64,000 bases of DNA from Sedimentisphaerales bacterium. Lineage in GTDB: Bacteria > Planctomycetota > Phycisphaerae > Sedimentisphaerales > Anaerobacaceae. The stretch spans positions 32,338 through 96,337 of the forward strand of contig CAWFCJ010000043.1 of the NCBI GenBank assembly GCA_963814265.1, read 5' to 3'. Positions 28,070-37,034 of this stretch are shown here, piece by piece. Numbering within the stretch: position 1 is the stretch's first letter; each line of letters opens with the position of its first letter. Made by a program: the position numbers and the translations under genes. Under the pieces are notes generated by a model. That model saw only the letters and a program-made list of their open reading frames with translations. It was not told the DNA's origin and did not search any database.

Positions 28070-29124
28070 AGGGGGGTATCCGCTTAAAGCAAGCTGCCTT
28101 GAAGAGACCCCTATATGTTGTGCTTTCTCTCAACAATCTGTTTGTACGGCAAGGGCGGTGTCATAACGGCCTGTTGCATAAGACGATAAAACAGCATACC
28201 TCGTGACCGAGACGTACGACGGTTGAAACGGAACGTGTATTCATCAAGGTAATACTCAAGATGTTTTCCACTGACCGACCCCTGATGCGTGCTCAACAGC
28301 CAGCGTTTGACCAAAGCGGCAACGCGATGAACACCAGGCATACTGATGTGGGCCGGATTGCCAGTGTCTGACAGAACAATCCTGTCGTGTTTGTAGCCGC
28401 ACCTCGACAGTCCGTTGTAGCCGCGCCATCCATCAGTCAGAATCTCGGAACCTTTCTCGGCAACATCGCAGACGAAAGGTACAAGGCTTTGGCCGGAGAC
28501 ATCAGGAATCCGACGCATCCGCACGCGTCCAAGCCCCTTTGGCGAATGGACTTCCAGTGTAATAACCACAACCTCCTTCTTTTCGCTTCCGCGTCCTCGT
28601 TTGCCCTCAGTATCGTGGCCACCAATGTAGGTTTCATCCACTTCAATACGACCGCAGAGGCGGTCCCTGTCGGGACGGACCATGGCTTGCCTGAGCTTGT
28701 GCAACCACGTCCAAGCCGTTTGATAGCTCCCGAAGCCAAGAACGCGTTTCAGACCGAGCGCGCTGGCTCCGTCCTTCTGGCTGGTCACAAACCACATGGC
28801 GGCGAACCACGTTCTCAACGCTGTTCGCGTCCGATCAAAAATGGTTCCCGCCGTTACCGACACCTCACTTCCGCACTGCCGACAGTGAAGGTAACCGCGA
28901 CTCGTCGTCCATGGCTTTGCCTTCGTTCCGCACCGGGCACATTCAAATCCCCGGGGCCAGCGGCAACCCATAACATAACGGCGGCATGCTGCCTCATCGG
29001 CAAACCACTCCAGAAACTCTTGGTAGGTCCGCGGATAGTCCTTACCCGCGACCGGATATGCTCGGGCATCCATACAGAGATATACTACATGTAGGAGCAA
29101 CTTGCGTCAAGTAGATACCCCCCT
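28070..29124 (-). mobile_element. IS1595-family (ISXO2-like) insertion sequence with inverted repeats and an 8-bp target-site duplication
   Basis: Left end AGGGGGGTATCCGCTTAAAGCAAGCTGCC against the reverse complement of the right end AGGGGGGTATCTACTTGACGCAAGTTGCT (23/29 identical). It is flanked by direct AAGACCAA at 28062-28069 and 29125-29132. Confidence 0.85.
28111..29073 (-). CDS. IS1595-family transposase (zinc-ribbon + ISXO2-like DDE domain)
   Basis: CRWPRGFECARCG..HCRQCG is the zinc ribbon. Also IEVDETYIGG, ILTDGWRGYNGL and YLDEYTFRFNRR. ATG at 29073. Confidence 0.9.
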   Translation of the reverse strand: MDARAYPVAGKDYPRTYQEFLEWFADEAACRRYVMGCRWPRGFECARCGTKAKPWTTSRGYLHCRQCGSEVSVTAGTIFDRTRTALRTWFAAMWFVTSQKDGASALGLKRVLGFGSYQTAWTWLHKLRQAMVRPDRDRLCGRIEVDETYIGGHDTEGKRGRGSEKKEVVVITLEVHSPKGLGRVRMRRIPDVSGQSLVPFVCDVAEKGSEILTDGWRGYNGLSRCGYKHDRIVLSDTGNPAHISMPGVHRVAALVKRWLLSTHQGSVSGKHLEYYLDEYTFRFNRRTSRSRGMLFYRLMQQAVMTPPLPYKQIVERKHNI

Positions 29125-29150
29125 AAGACCAATATTTCAAGTCCATATTA

Positions 29151-29182
29151 TCTCTGCGTTCTCAGCGGGCTCTGCGGTAGAA
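29151..29182. repeat. Unit of the 'CTCTGCGG' repeat family
   Basis: tctctgcgttctcagcgggctctgcggtagaa. Confidence 0.7.
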
Positions 29183-29279
29183 AAAAGGAGCGGCGAGGCC
29201 TCAGTCTGGTTAATTGTAAATTTTCGATTGTCAATTTTCAATCCGGCTCTGGTCGGGATGGTCCTAAAAAGGGCTTTTG

Positions 29280-29361
29280 CCGCCGAGATCGCGGAAATCG
29301 CGGAGAAATGCGTATTTCTTTGTCCAGTCTCTGCGTTCTCAGCGTGCTCTGGGGTTAATCC
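29280..29361. repeat. Two units of the 'CTCTGCGG' repeat family in opposite orientations
   Basis: ccgccgagatcgcggaaatcgcggagaaa (29280-29308) and tctctgcgttctcagcgtgctctggggttaatcc (29328-29361). Confidence 0.7.
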
Positions 29362-29376
29362 CGGTGAAGAAAACTC

Positions 29377-29540
29377 GTAACCGTTCACAGTGGCAAATCG
29401 GCGTTTTTATGTCATTGCGAGGCCTTTAGGCCGAAGCAATCTCAACCTTTTGTAGGGCAAAGATTGCCGCGCTCGGCTCTGCCTCGCTCGCAATGACAAA
29501 AAATGGCCAAAATTCAACATGTTACCCTGTGAACGGTTAC
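29377..29540. repeat. 164-bp nested inverted-repeat (MITE-like / structured) element
   Basis: Outer arms GTAACCGTTCACAG (29377-29390) and CTGTGAACGGTTAC (29527-29540). Inner arms TTTTTATGTCATTGCGAG (29404-29421) and CTCGCAATGACAAAAAA (29487-29503). The centre carries small hairpins GGCCtttaGGCC and GCAATCT..AGATTGC. Confidence 0.6.
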
Positions 29541-29568
29541 AAAAACTCTAATTTACCGGACTTTTTTC

Positions 29569-29597
29569 TTGAATTCTTACTCTTGATTGCGTACAAT
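29569..29597 (+). promoter_or_regulatory. Possible sigma70-like promoter for the lipoprotein gene
   Basis: TTGAAT (29569-29574), 17 nt, TACAAT (29592-29597). It implies a leader of about 190 nt that contains a repeat unit at 29739-29765. Confidence 0.4.
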
Positions 29598-29738
29598 CAT
29601 TTTAGTATGGAGGAGCGGCAAGGAATGGTCTCCGTTCCTATCACGCTCTGTTGTGGAAAACGTCAGCCAACCGCGGCAGTTCACCGCAAAGGACGCCGTG
29701 CCAGAAGAGCAAAACCAGGGATGGGAAAAGAGCAGGCG

Positions 29739-29765
29739 ATCTCTGCGGACTCAGCGGTAAAGAAG
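29739..29765. repeat. Short unit of the 'CTCTGCGG' repeat family
   Basis: atctctgcggactcagcggtaaagaag. Confidence 0.6.
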
Positions 29766-29790
29766 TGTTTAGAGAGGAAGGGTATCGAAA

Positions 29791-30627
29791 ATGGCAAGAA
29801 AGAAAACATTGGCGCTAATAATGGTAATTAGCTTGGTCTTGGCCGGCGGCTGCAAGCAGTTATCCAGGATTGAAGATAACCAGCTCGAGCTGCACAGGGC
29901 GCTGGCTGCCAGTGCCAAGCACTTAGCAACCAGCTTGGTTCGCGTGGAAGAAAACCAGGGCAAGATGTCCGCGGCGATCGAGCAGTTGCAGGCCAGCGCC
30001 AACCGAACCGACAACAAGGTGGCCGGTCTTGCAGCAGGCCAGGAGAAGTTGCACGCGGCAATTGAAGATGTGCAGGTCGGTACTGAAAAATGCGCTGCTG
30101 AGATAGCTGCCACAAAGCAAGAGCAGAAGACGTTCCAGGCTGCTCTGGGCGAGGCGCTCAAGGCCGGCAGGGATGACTGGACTGCTCAGATAGCCAAAAT
30201 TGCACAGGGCCAAGGTACACTCCAGGCAGCGATTGCGGAGGTGAAAAGCGATGTCAAGAAAGTATCCGGCAGTGCAGAAAGCTTGCGGCAGGATACGGCG
30301 CAGTTGCGGTCCGCCGTCGGCGGACTGCAAGCCGGCACAGAGAATGTGGCCGGCATAATAGATATAGTTGGCCAGAAGCAGCTCAAGTTCGAGGAGAAAA
30401 TCCTGGCTGATATTCGGGCGATTTCTGCTGCCGTCGAGGCCATCCAGCAAAGACAAGCTAAACTATCTGAGCAAGTCGGAGGCGTGCAAAATAATACCGA
30501 TCAGATGCGCGAGAGTATGATAGCCGTTCTCAAGCAGCTAAGAAGTGAGCTGTCGCGAATCAGCTCAGAAATAGGCTCGGCAAAGCCGGGCGAAGCGGGA
30601 ACATCCGCCAGCGAGGGCCAGAAGTAG
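29791..30627 (+). CDS. Coiled-coil lipoprotein, function unknown
   Basis: Lipobox LVLAGGC after MARKKTLALIMVIS. The rest is Ala/Gln/Glu-rich with a recurring 'AAIExxQ' motif (SAAIEQLQ, HAAIEDVQ, QAAIAEVK, SAAVEAIQ). Confidence 0.65.
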   Translation: MARKKTLALIMVISLVLAGGCKQLSRIEDNQLELHRALAASAKHLATSLVRVEENQGKMSAAIEQLQASANRTDNKVAGLAAGQEKLHAAIEDVQVGTEKCAAEIAATKQEQKTFQAALGEALKAGRDDWTAQIAKIAQGQGTLQAAIAEVKSDVKKVSGSAESLRQDTAQLRSAVGGLQAGTENVAGIIDIVGQKQLKFEEKILADIRAISAAVEAIQQRQAKLSEQVGGVQNNTDQMRESMIAVLKQLRSELSRISSEIGSAKPGEAGTSASEGQK

Positions 30628-30702
30628 GCTAAAACCCGGCGAGTCAACGCTGGCAGGCAACCTCGCGGACAATGTAAAACAAAATGAGCGTTTCCTCAGG
30701 TT

Positions 30703-30746
30703 GGCTTTTACGGTGTGACAGCATGAGCTAAAGCACCGTAAAAGCC
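30703..30746. terminator. Strong hairpin between convergent genes (probably a bidirectional terminator)
   Basis: GGCTTTTACGGTG (30703-30715), an 18-nt loop, then CACCGTAAAAGCC (30734-30746). This is a 13-bp perfect stem, T-rich downstream. Confidence 0.6.
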
Positions 30747-30815
30747 CCTGTTATTTCTGGCGGTCAGGTAAATGGCGGAGCACCACCCCCCGCCGCAACG
30801 ATTGCGCACAATCAG

Positions 30816-31541
30816 TTAGCAGCTCAGTTCCATTAGATACACGTTGTCTTGTTGGCTTGTCCTTTTTCCAAGGATGTCGAAGTGTTCACCCTCGTCGCAG
30901 GAAAGCAGCAGATCAATCTCGTCCCCTTCAAAAACCTCGGCTAAATAAGTGACCTGTGCAGAATGGATGCTGCCTTTGAATTGGAATGTTCGTTTCAATG
31001 CGTCCACAGCCCATCGCACATATTCGGTGTTATTTGCGTGCCCATTCAGGTCAATCGAACTGTATGGCACACGCACATGCTCCATTTCGCTATAGCTACT
31101 GCGTGGTTCTAATCTGGTCAGTTTTTCTGCTATCGTTTTTGGCCCGCTTTCGGGCAGGGGCAGGCCGAGCCGCAACAAGTTCTTCGGGCGATTCTTTTGT
31201 CTATCTAATACCATCCACTCGCTGCCGGCTTTGAATAGCTCACAGCCATGCGGGTCTTTGCCGAGGAATTCTCTGGTAGCTACAACACGGCTATGCCCGC
31301 TCGGCCAGGTTGTGATGGTCACTTTCTCGTTCCACCGCGGCAAGCGATCGATCTCTATTCGCAAGTTCGACAGAACCCAGCAACTGTTTATCTGATTCAG
31401 CCTGTCGTATCCAAAGCCGAGTTGTCCCGCGTGGACTGCTGCCGCTTCCTGCAAATGCTGCATAAGGACATTCAGCTTGATGCTGCCGTCCGCCTGGCAC
31501 TCGTATGTCTTGACCGTAAATGTATCTTCCCTGACCTGCAT
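30816..31541 (-). CDS. Acyl-ACP thioesterase (FatA/B-like hotdog pair)
   Basis: 241 aa. YECQADGSIKLNVLMQHLQEAA, SCWVLSNLRIEI and IDLNGHANNTEYVRWAVDAL are typical of Pfam Acyl-ACP_TE. Confidence 0.8.
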   Translation of the reverse strand: MQVREDTFTVKTYECQADGSIKLNVLMQHLQEAAAVHAGQLGFGYDRLNQINSCWVLSNLRIEIDRLPRWNEKVTITTWPSGHSRVVATREFLGKDPHGCELFKAGSEWMVLDRQKNRPKNLLRLGLPLPESGPKTIAEKLTRLEPRSSYSEMEHVRVPYSSIDLNGHANNTEYVRWAVDALKRTFQFKGSIHSAQVTYLAEVFEGDEIDLLLSCDEGEHFDILGKRTSQQDNVYLMELSC

Positions 31542-31587
31542 GTTTTGTCGGCGCTATGTTATGAACTGAACTTTTGCAAAACTCTTG

Positions 31588-32296
31588 TTATGAGATTACA
31601 AGCCTGCGTTTGCACTCGTCGAGGATGTCTGCGGTTCGGCTGGCGCCGACTCTAGTCACGCCCAGAGCGCACACGTGCAAGAGTTTGTCCAGGTCACGTA
31701 TGCCGCCGGCTGCCTTTATCTGGACGTGGCTGGGCGAATGTTGCCGCATCAGTTTGATGTCTTCGATGGTAGCCCCGCCTGAGCCGTAGCCCGTTGACGT
31801 CTTTACCCAATCGGCGTGTAAGCTCGCCGCAAATCTGGCAGAGCTTGATCTTATGCTCGTTATCGAGATAGCAATTCTCAAAAATGACTTTCACTTTTTT
31901 GCCCCGCCCGTGCGCTAAATCGATGAGAGGTTTTATGTCGGCACGCACATAGTCCCAGTCACAACTGATAACTTTGCTGATATTGACGACCATATCTATT
32001 TCTTCGGCGCCATCATCCAGTGCTTGTTTTGCCTCAGCTAATTTGATCGTAGTGGCGTGGCCTCCGTGCGGAAAGCCGATCGTGGTTGTGGGCAAAACTT
32101 TGCTGCCCTTCAGGATTTCGGCGCAGCGATTCAGATAATACGGCATGATGCAAACGCTTGCCACATCGTACTGACGCGCAAGCTGACAGCCTTGCTCAAC
32201 TTCTCTGTCGGAGAGCGCTGGATTCAGCAACGAGTGGTCGATCATTTTGGCGATATCCTGGTACGTGTAGTCCAGGGTTCCTTGTGCACTCATCAT
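31588..32296 (-). CDS. deoC: Deoxyribose-phosphate aldolase; one frameshift as sequenced
   Basis: IDHSLLNP, ASVCIMPYY, IGFPHGGH and EIDMVVNI lie in ORF 31694-32296. ADWVKTSTGYGSGGATIEDIKLM and QIKAAGGIRD lie in ORF 31588-31881. The junction is near 31800-31830. GGAGG lies 5 nt before the ATG at 32296. Confidence 0.85.
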
Positions 32297-33729
32297 CTAT
32301 CCTCCATTGGATCGCAGGCGGATTCGAGCGTATCGTAGATTCGGGCTGTCGTCAGCGGTTCCGAAAAGGTCGATTATGTCTGATGGTTTCGACCCGCCGT
32401 GAGGCGTATTGGTAAAGAAATTGTGAAATGGGTGACCTATGTCGATGCGGGAAAGCCTCATCGTTGCTGAATCGGCAGGTATTCGCCCGATATAGTTGCC
32501 AAATCCACACGGATTGTCCCCGGTCTCCGTACCTGCAACGATGGCATAAAGTTTTTCGTGCGGGGCCAACATGGAACCGGGCCGAACGCCGGCTCAAGTC
32601 CTGACGATCCCTCAGACATCTCCGCGAGCGTCTGGTGCAGAACAACTTTGCCGTCTTTGATCACGACATATTCCAGATCGTGCCGTCATAGGTTCGCCTG
32701 GAAAATACTTGTCCCGAATAAACTCATATTGATGTGGCGTTTTTAGATAAAGCAGATGAGCTGCCCCGGTCCTGTCAATGTACAGGTCAAGATTCTGAAT
32801 ATGCCCGCACGTTTTTTCGGCGGAGTCGATTTCGATTGGCGCACTAAAGTCGCCGTCCTGATATTATCGCTGTACGTGTAGAACAGCCGCCGGAAGACAT
32901 AGTCCCATTCGCGTTTCAGTTTCTCGAATTTGAGCTTCCGCCATTCTTCGACCGGCTCGACGATATCGCCAATCGCCATTACGTGGGCCGAACCATCCCG
33001 CAGAGCAACCTGGGGATAGCACGCCCTGATCGGAAATTCGATTTTTCCCTTCGGGTGCCATCTGCCTTGACTGTCGCGGTAAGAAACGAATTGCTCGCTC
33101 GGTTTTGGCATTGATGTTCACCAGCAGCAGCTCACCGTTCGCTCCGTCGGCGGCAAAACCTCTGATACGAATGGTCGGTGAAATAGCTTCCTCTGTCCAG
33201 ACGGGCTCGTGAATTCTGGCCGTCCCATCCAGATTCGCGGGGTCGAATTCGAGCACCAGAGGCTCGACACCGGCCATATTGAGTGCCGACAGGCTCGGTA
33301 GACGGATTGACCGAGAGAAAGAGAGGTCCCTGTTCGAAACAATAGCAATCGGGCAGGGTTCGCGCTGCCGATATTCTTTCTCGGTCTGCATCATCGCCAG
33401 CCATCCGACGATCGCCGCCACAACTGCCAGCGGGTATTGCACAGCGGCGGAACATCTTTGCCCGTTTCGATAACCGATAGATAGACATCCTCGCCCCTTC
33501 GGCTTCGCTCAGGGCAAGCCTGCCGGGCAATGACCGTAGAGCCGTAGCACCACAATGGCCCGGCTCCATTGTTGGCAGATGTGTATAGCGTCACCACCTC
33601 CTCAGCCTGAACCGTGCATCGCACTTTGTCGGCTGCTGTCTCTGTTTGCTTTATTGGTACTGCCGCCCGACAGGTGCAGGAGCTGACGATTGCCCATATC
33701 AGCAGGAAGGTTTTCCCTTGCGATGTCAT
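32297..33729 (-). pseudogene. Secreted hypothetical protein, heavily frame-disrupted as sequenced (at least five frame changes)
   Basis: The signal peptide MTSQGKTFLLIWAIVSSCTCRAA is in ORF 33391-33729. The sense continues through ORFs 32864-33442, 32743-33111, 32458-32664 and 32297-32572 (..APHEKLYAIVAGTETGDNPCGFGNYIGRIP..). No family was recognised. Confidence 0.45.
33494..33522. repeat. Copy of the 'PVLSxVEG'-type unit lying inside the disrupted CDS
   Basis: CCCCTTCGGCTTCGCTCAGGGCAAGCCTG. It is read in frame on the minus strand as ..RQACPERSRRGE.. Confidence 0.5.
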
Positions 33730-33846
33730 AGTTCAATAGGATACCAGCTTCTGTAGGAGGTTGCCTGCAAAATGTGGTCGTCGCGGCGCTTTTTTGTTTA
33801 TTTCGCAGCGACAGCCAGATAAAGTGGATGTGTTCGAGGTGAAAAT

Positions 33847-33900
33847 GTAAAACTTAAAGCGTAAAGATTTGGAATTCCACAGTTTTTCGTTTTTAGCTTT
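33847..33900. repeat. GAATTC-centred palindromic intergenic repeat (copy 1)
   Basis: GTAAAACTTAAAG..TTTGGAATTCCACAGTTTTT..TTTTTAGCTTT. It aligns in the same order with 43584-43651. Confidence 0.55.
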
Positions 33901-33936
33901 CGGCTTTGCCCTGTTCAGCTATGGGAGGTAACTACT

Positions 33937-36900
33937 ATGAAAGGCGTCCGAGTGAATTCCTTAGCGCTTTTGCTCGCTGCGGCATTTTCGTTGACTCTCC
34001 CCTGCGCAAGCTCGGCAGAAGTCAAAGCCTGGGAGGGCACGATCACGATTCCCACCTACGGATGGGAAGAAGACATCAATCCTAAGCTCTGGGCTTTGGA
34101 GGGCCAGGTCAAGTTCTCCACGACGGTCAAAGGCTCCATCGTCTACCCTTATACGATGCAGGACCACCTGTCCCGGACAAAGGTAGGCAGAACCTACAAG
34201 GCCCTGTTCCTGGAGAACGAGTACCTGAAGGTCACCTGCCTGCCGGAGCTGGGCGGCCGGCTGCACTCGGTTTTGGACAAGACCGACGGCCAAGGAGATG
34301 TTCCACCTCAACCACGTGATCAAGCCGAGCATGATCGCGATGCGCGGGGCCTTCATCAGCGGCGGCGTCGAGTGGAACGCCGGGCCGCAGGTGCACACCG
34401 TCACGATCGTCTCGCCGGTCGATGCAGTTCTGGGCGCAAAACCCGGACGGCTCGGCGTATCTGGAGGTCAGCAACCTGGAGAAGACCCTGCGGACCCGCT
34501 GGACCGTGCGCGTGACGCTGCATCCGGGCAGGGCCTACCTCGATGAGCAGATTCGCATCTTCAACCCCGTGGATGCCATAAACCCGTACTACTTCTGGAA
34601 CTGCACGGCGTTCCCGTGCCGGGCGGGCACGCGCTTCATCTATCCCATGACGCTCGGGACCGACCACAACGGCGTCAAGTTCTTCTCCTGGCCCATCCAT
34701 GAGGGCAGGGACCTGTCGTGGCTGAAGAACTACGAGACCTCGTCGTCGATCTTCTCGGTGGACTGCGCCTTCGATTTCTTCGGGGCCTACGACGTGGATG
34801 CGGACCGGGGCGTCGTGCAGGTGGCGGACCACTACGAGCTCAGCGGCAAGAAGGCCTGGACGTGGGGGACCTGGGACTTCGGCCTGGTCTGCCAGAAGAA
34901 CCTGACCGACGACGATGGGCCGTACATCGAGGTCCAGAGCGGGCCGCTGCCGACGCAGTCCGACTACGGCATGCTGCTGCCGAGGCAGCAGGTCGCGTGG
35001 CGGGAATGGTGGTATCCGGTCCACGGGCTGGGCGAAGGCTTCGAGTTCGCCACGAAGGACTTGGCCGTCCAGACGATTCGCGACAGGGCGGCAAGCTCCA
35101 GTTGCGGCTGCATCGCGACCGGCCGAGTTCTCCGGCGGCAGCCTGTACGCTTATCCCGAAGGCGGCCAGGAGCTGCTCACGAACAGCCATGTCGACCTCT
35201 CTCCGGCTGGTCCCCAAGTAGTCGGCGCTGTCGCCGGCTCCGCAAGGCCCCGGTGGACGTGACGGTCAAGACGCGAAGCGGAGAGGTCCTGGCTTCCTTC
35301 ACCACTCCTTTGCCGATTCCCAAGATTGATCCGCCGCAGCCCGCCGAGCTTCATGAACAAACCCGATGGGCAGCTGACGCTCGAGGAGAAGTATCCTCAA
35401 GGCCGAAAGTACGACCTGGCGACGAATCGCAAGAAGGCCCGCGAGTACTATGAAAAGGCCCTGGCGGAAGACGCCAGTATTCGCCTGCACTGCGGGCACT
35501 GGCCGTGCTCGATACCGAGGCCGGTCTGTACGAGGATGCATCGAGCGGCTGCAAAAGGCCCTGGATCGGGATCCCGCGCGACGGTTTGGCCTGGTACTTC
35601 CTGGGCGTAAGTTACTTGAAGCTAAAAAGTACGCCTGAAGCGCTGAACTGCGCTTCCCAGGCGGTCAGATGCCTGGGCACCAGCCTCTCTCGGCTACGAC
35701 CTGGCCGGTCGCGCTTACATGCGTCTGGGAGATTACGCAAAAGCCGTCGATGCCTTTGAGAAGGCCAAGCTGCTGAATCCGCAGGATACAAAGGCAAGGG
35801 ACCATCTGCTGCTTGCCCTGTATGCTGTGGGACAAAGGCAGTCAGCCTACAAACGCGCCGGGCAAATTATTGCCAAAGACCCGACGGACCTTGTGCCCAA
35901 AGCACTTATGGCTCTGGAAGGCCAGAAGCAAATGAGCCGCTTCGTGCGACAAGTACGCGATTTTGTCGGCGAGGCAGAATTTGAAATGTTGCAGACCAGC
36001 TTGGTCTTTGCCGAGTTGGGACTGTTCGATGAGGCAACAAGGCTGCTGCGTGCGACTTGCGTTGAGGCTGTTCCGCAAGAAAAACAAGGTCCTTTGCCTT
36101 TATACTACCTGGCTTATTTTATTAGCTTGCAGCAGGCGGATGAGACGCCTGCCAGGGCCTACCTAAAGCAGGCTGCTGCCACCTATAAGGACTATGTCTT
36201 TCCGTCCTGCCCGGAAGAGCTTGAAGTGCTGCAATATGCCGTCCATGAAAATCCTGGCGACGCATACGCACATCTTCACCTGGGCAATCTTTACGGGCAT
36301 CTTGGCCGGCTGAATGAAGCCGCTCAGCACTGGCAAAAGGCCGGTGACCTAAATCCGTCGCTGAGCATTGCGCTGTCGCAATCTCGGCCTTTATGCCTGG
36401 GCGGTGGAAGAAGACCTGGCAAAAGCTGAGCAGCTCTACCGCAAAGCCATCGCCGCCCGCCCCAAAGACCAGACGCTGTATCGTGACCTGGCGGATATTC
36501 TGCTGGCAACAAGGAATCGGCCCGAGGCAATAAAGGTTCTGGAATCGACCCAATATGATAAAATGCGACGCGCGGATGTCATCATTATGCTGGCACAAGC
36601 TTATCTGGATGAGCAGCAGGTATAATGATTGTATTGATTTGCTCGAATCGACGCCGTACTTTGTCAACTGGGAAGGCCAGACCATCACCTGGGACATCTT
36701 CCACAAGGCGCATATCGAGCGAGGCCAGCAGCGTTTTGAGGATGCAAAGTTCGAGTCGGCTTTGCAGGATTTCCAGGCCGCTCTGACGTATCCAGCCAAT
36801 ATCGGCGTCGGCCGGTCGAACAAACCTCAGGAAGCGGATGCCCAATACTGGAAAGGAAAGGCGTCGCAGGCTCTTGGCCGACTGGATGAAGCACGGTCAG

Positions 36901-36992
36901 CCTGGCGGGAAGGTGCCGGCGGAGTGGAAGGTTCCAGCCAGCAGAATAAACACCGCGAACTCTGCAAAGAGGCCCTTGCCGCCCTAAAGTGA
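33937..36992 (+). CDS. DUF5107 domain + TPR-repeat protein (about 1020 aa); frame broken many times as sequenced
   Basis: Signal peptide, then TIPTYGWEEDINP, YPYTMQD and LENEYLKVTCLPELGGRLHS. It continues in ORFs 34298-, 34422- (FNPVDAINPYYFWNCTAF..), 35326-, 35505- and 35719-. TPR-like parts follow in ORFs 36368- and 36555-, to the stop at 36990-36992. Confidence 0.7.
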
Positions 36993-37034
36993 TCTGGCGG
37001 CGAGTGACAGGGCTGATTAGCCGAGAACTTGTGG

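Noticed and set aside
24600-29770. A possible CRISPR array, because of the many short repeats.
   Set aside because: The units occur in both orientations with irregular spacing (tens to thousands of bp), are imperfect, and are interrupted by a 2.5-kb protease gene and an IS. There is no repeat-spacer periodicity and no cas gene.
34401-35024. Long antisense and alternative-frame ORFs in GC-rich coding regions. Examples are 34401-35024(-), 34840-35217(-), 7960-8778(-), 26414-27148(-), 21635-22150(-), 9031-9537(-), 56099-56782(+) and 57358-58041(+).
   Set aside because: They lie entirely within, and opposite or out of frame to, genes with clear family signatures. Their translations are Arg/Pro/Gly/Ala-rich low-complexity sequence, typical of shadow ORFs in GC-rich DNA.
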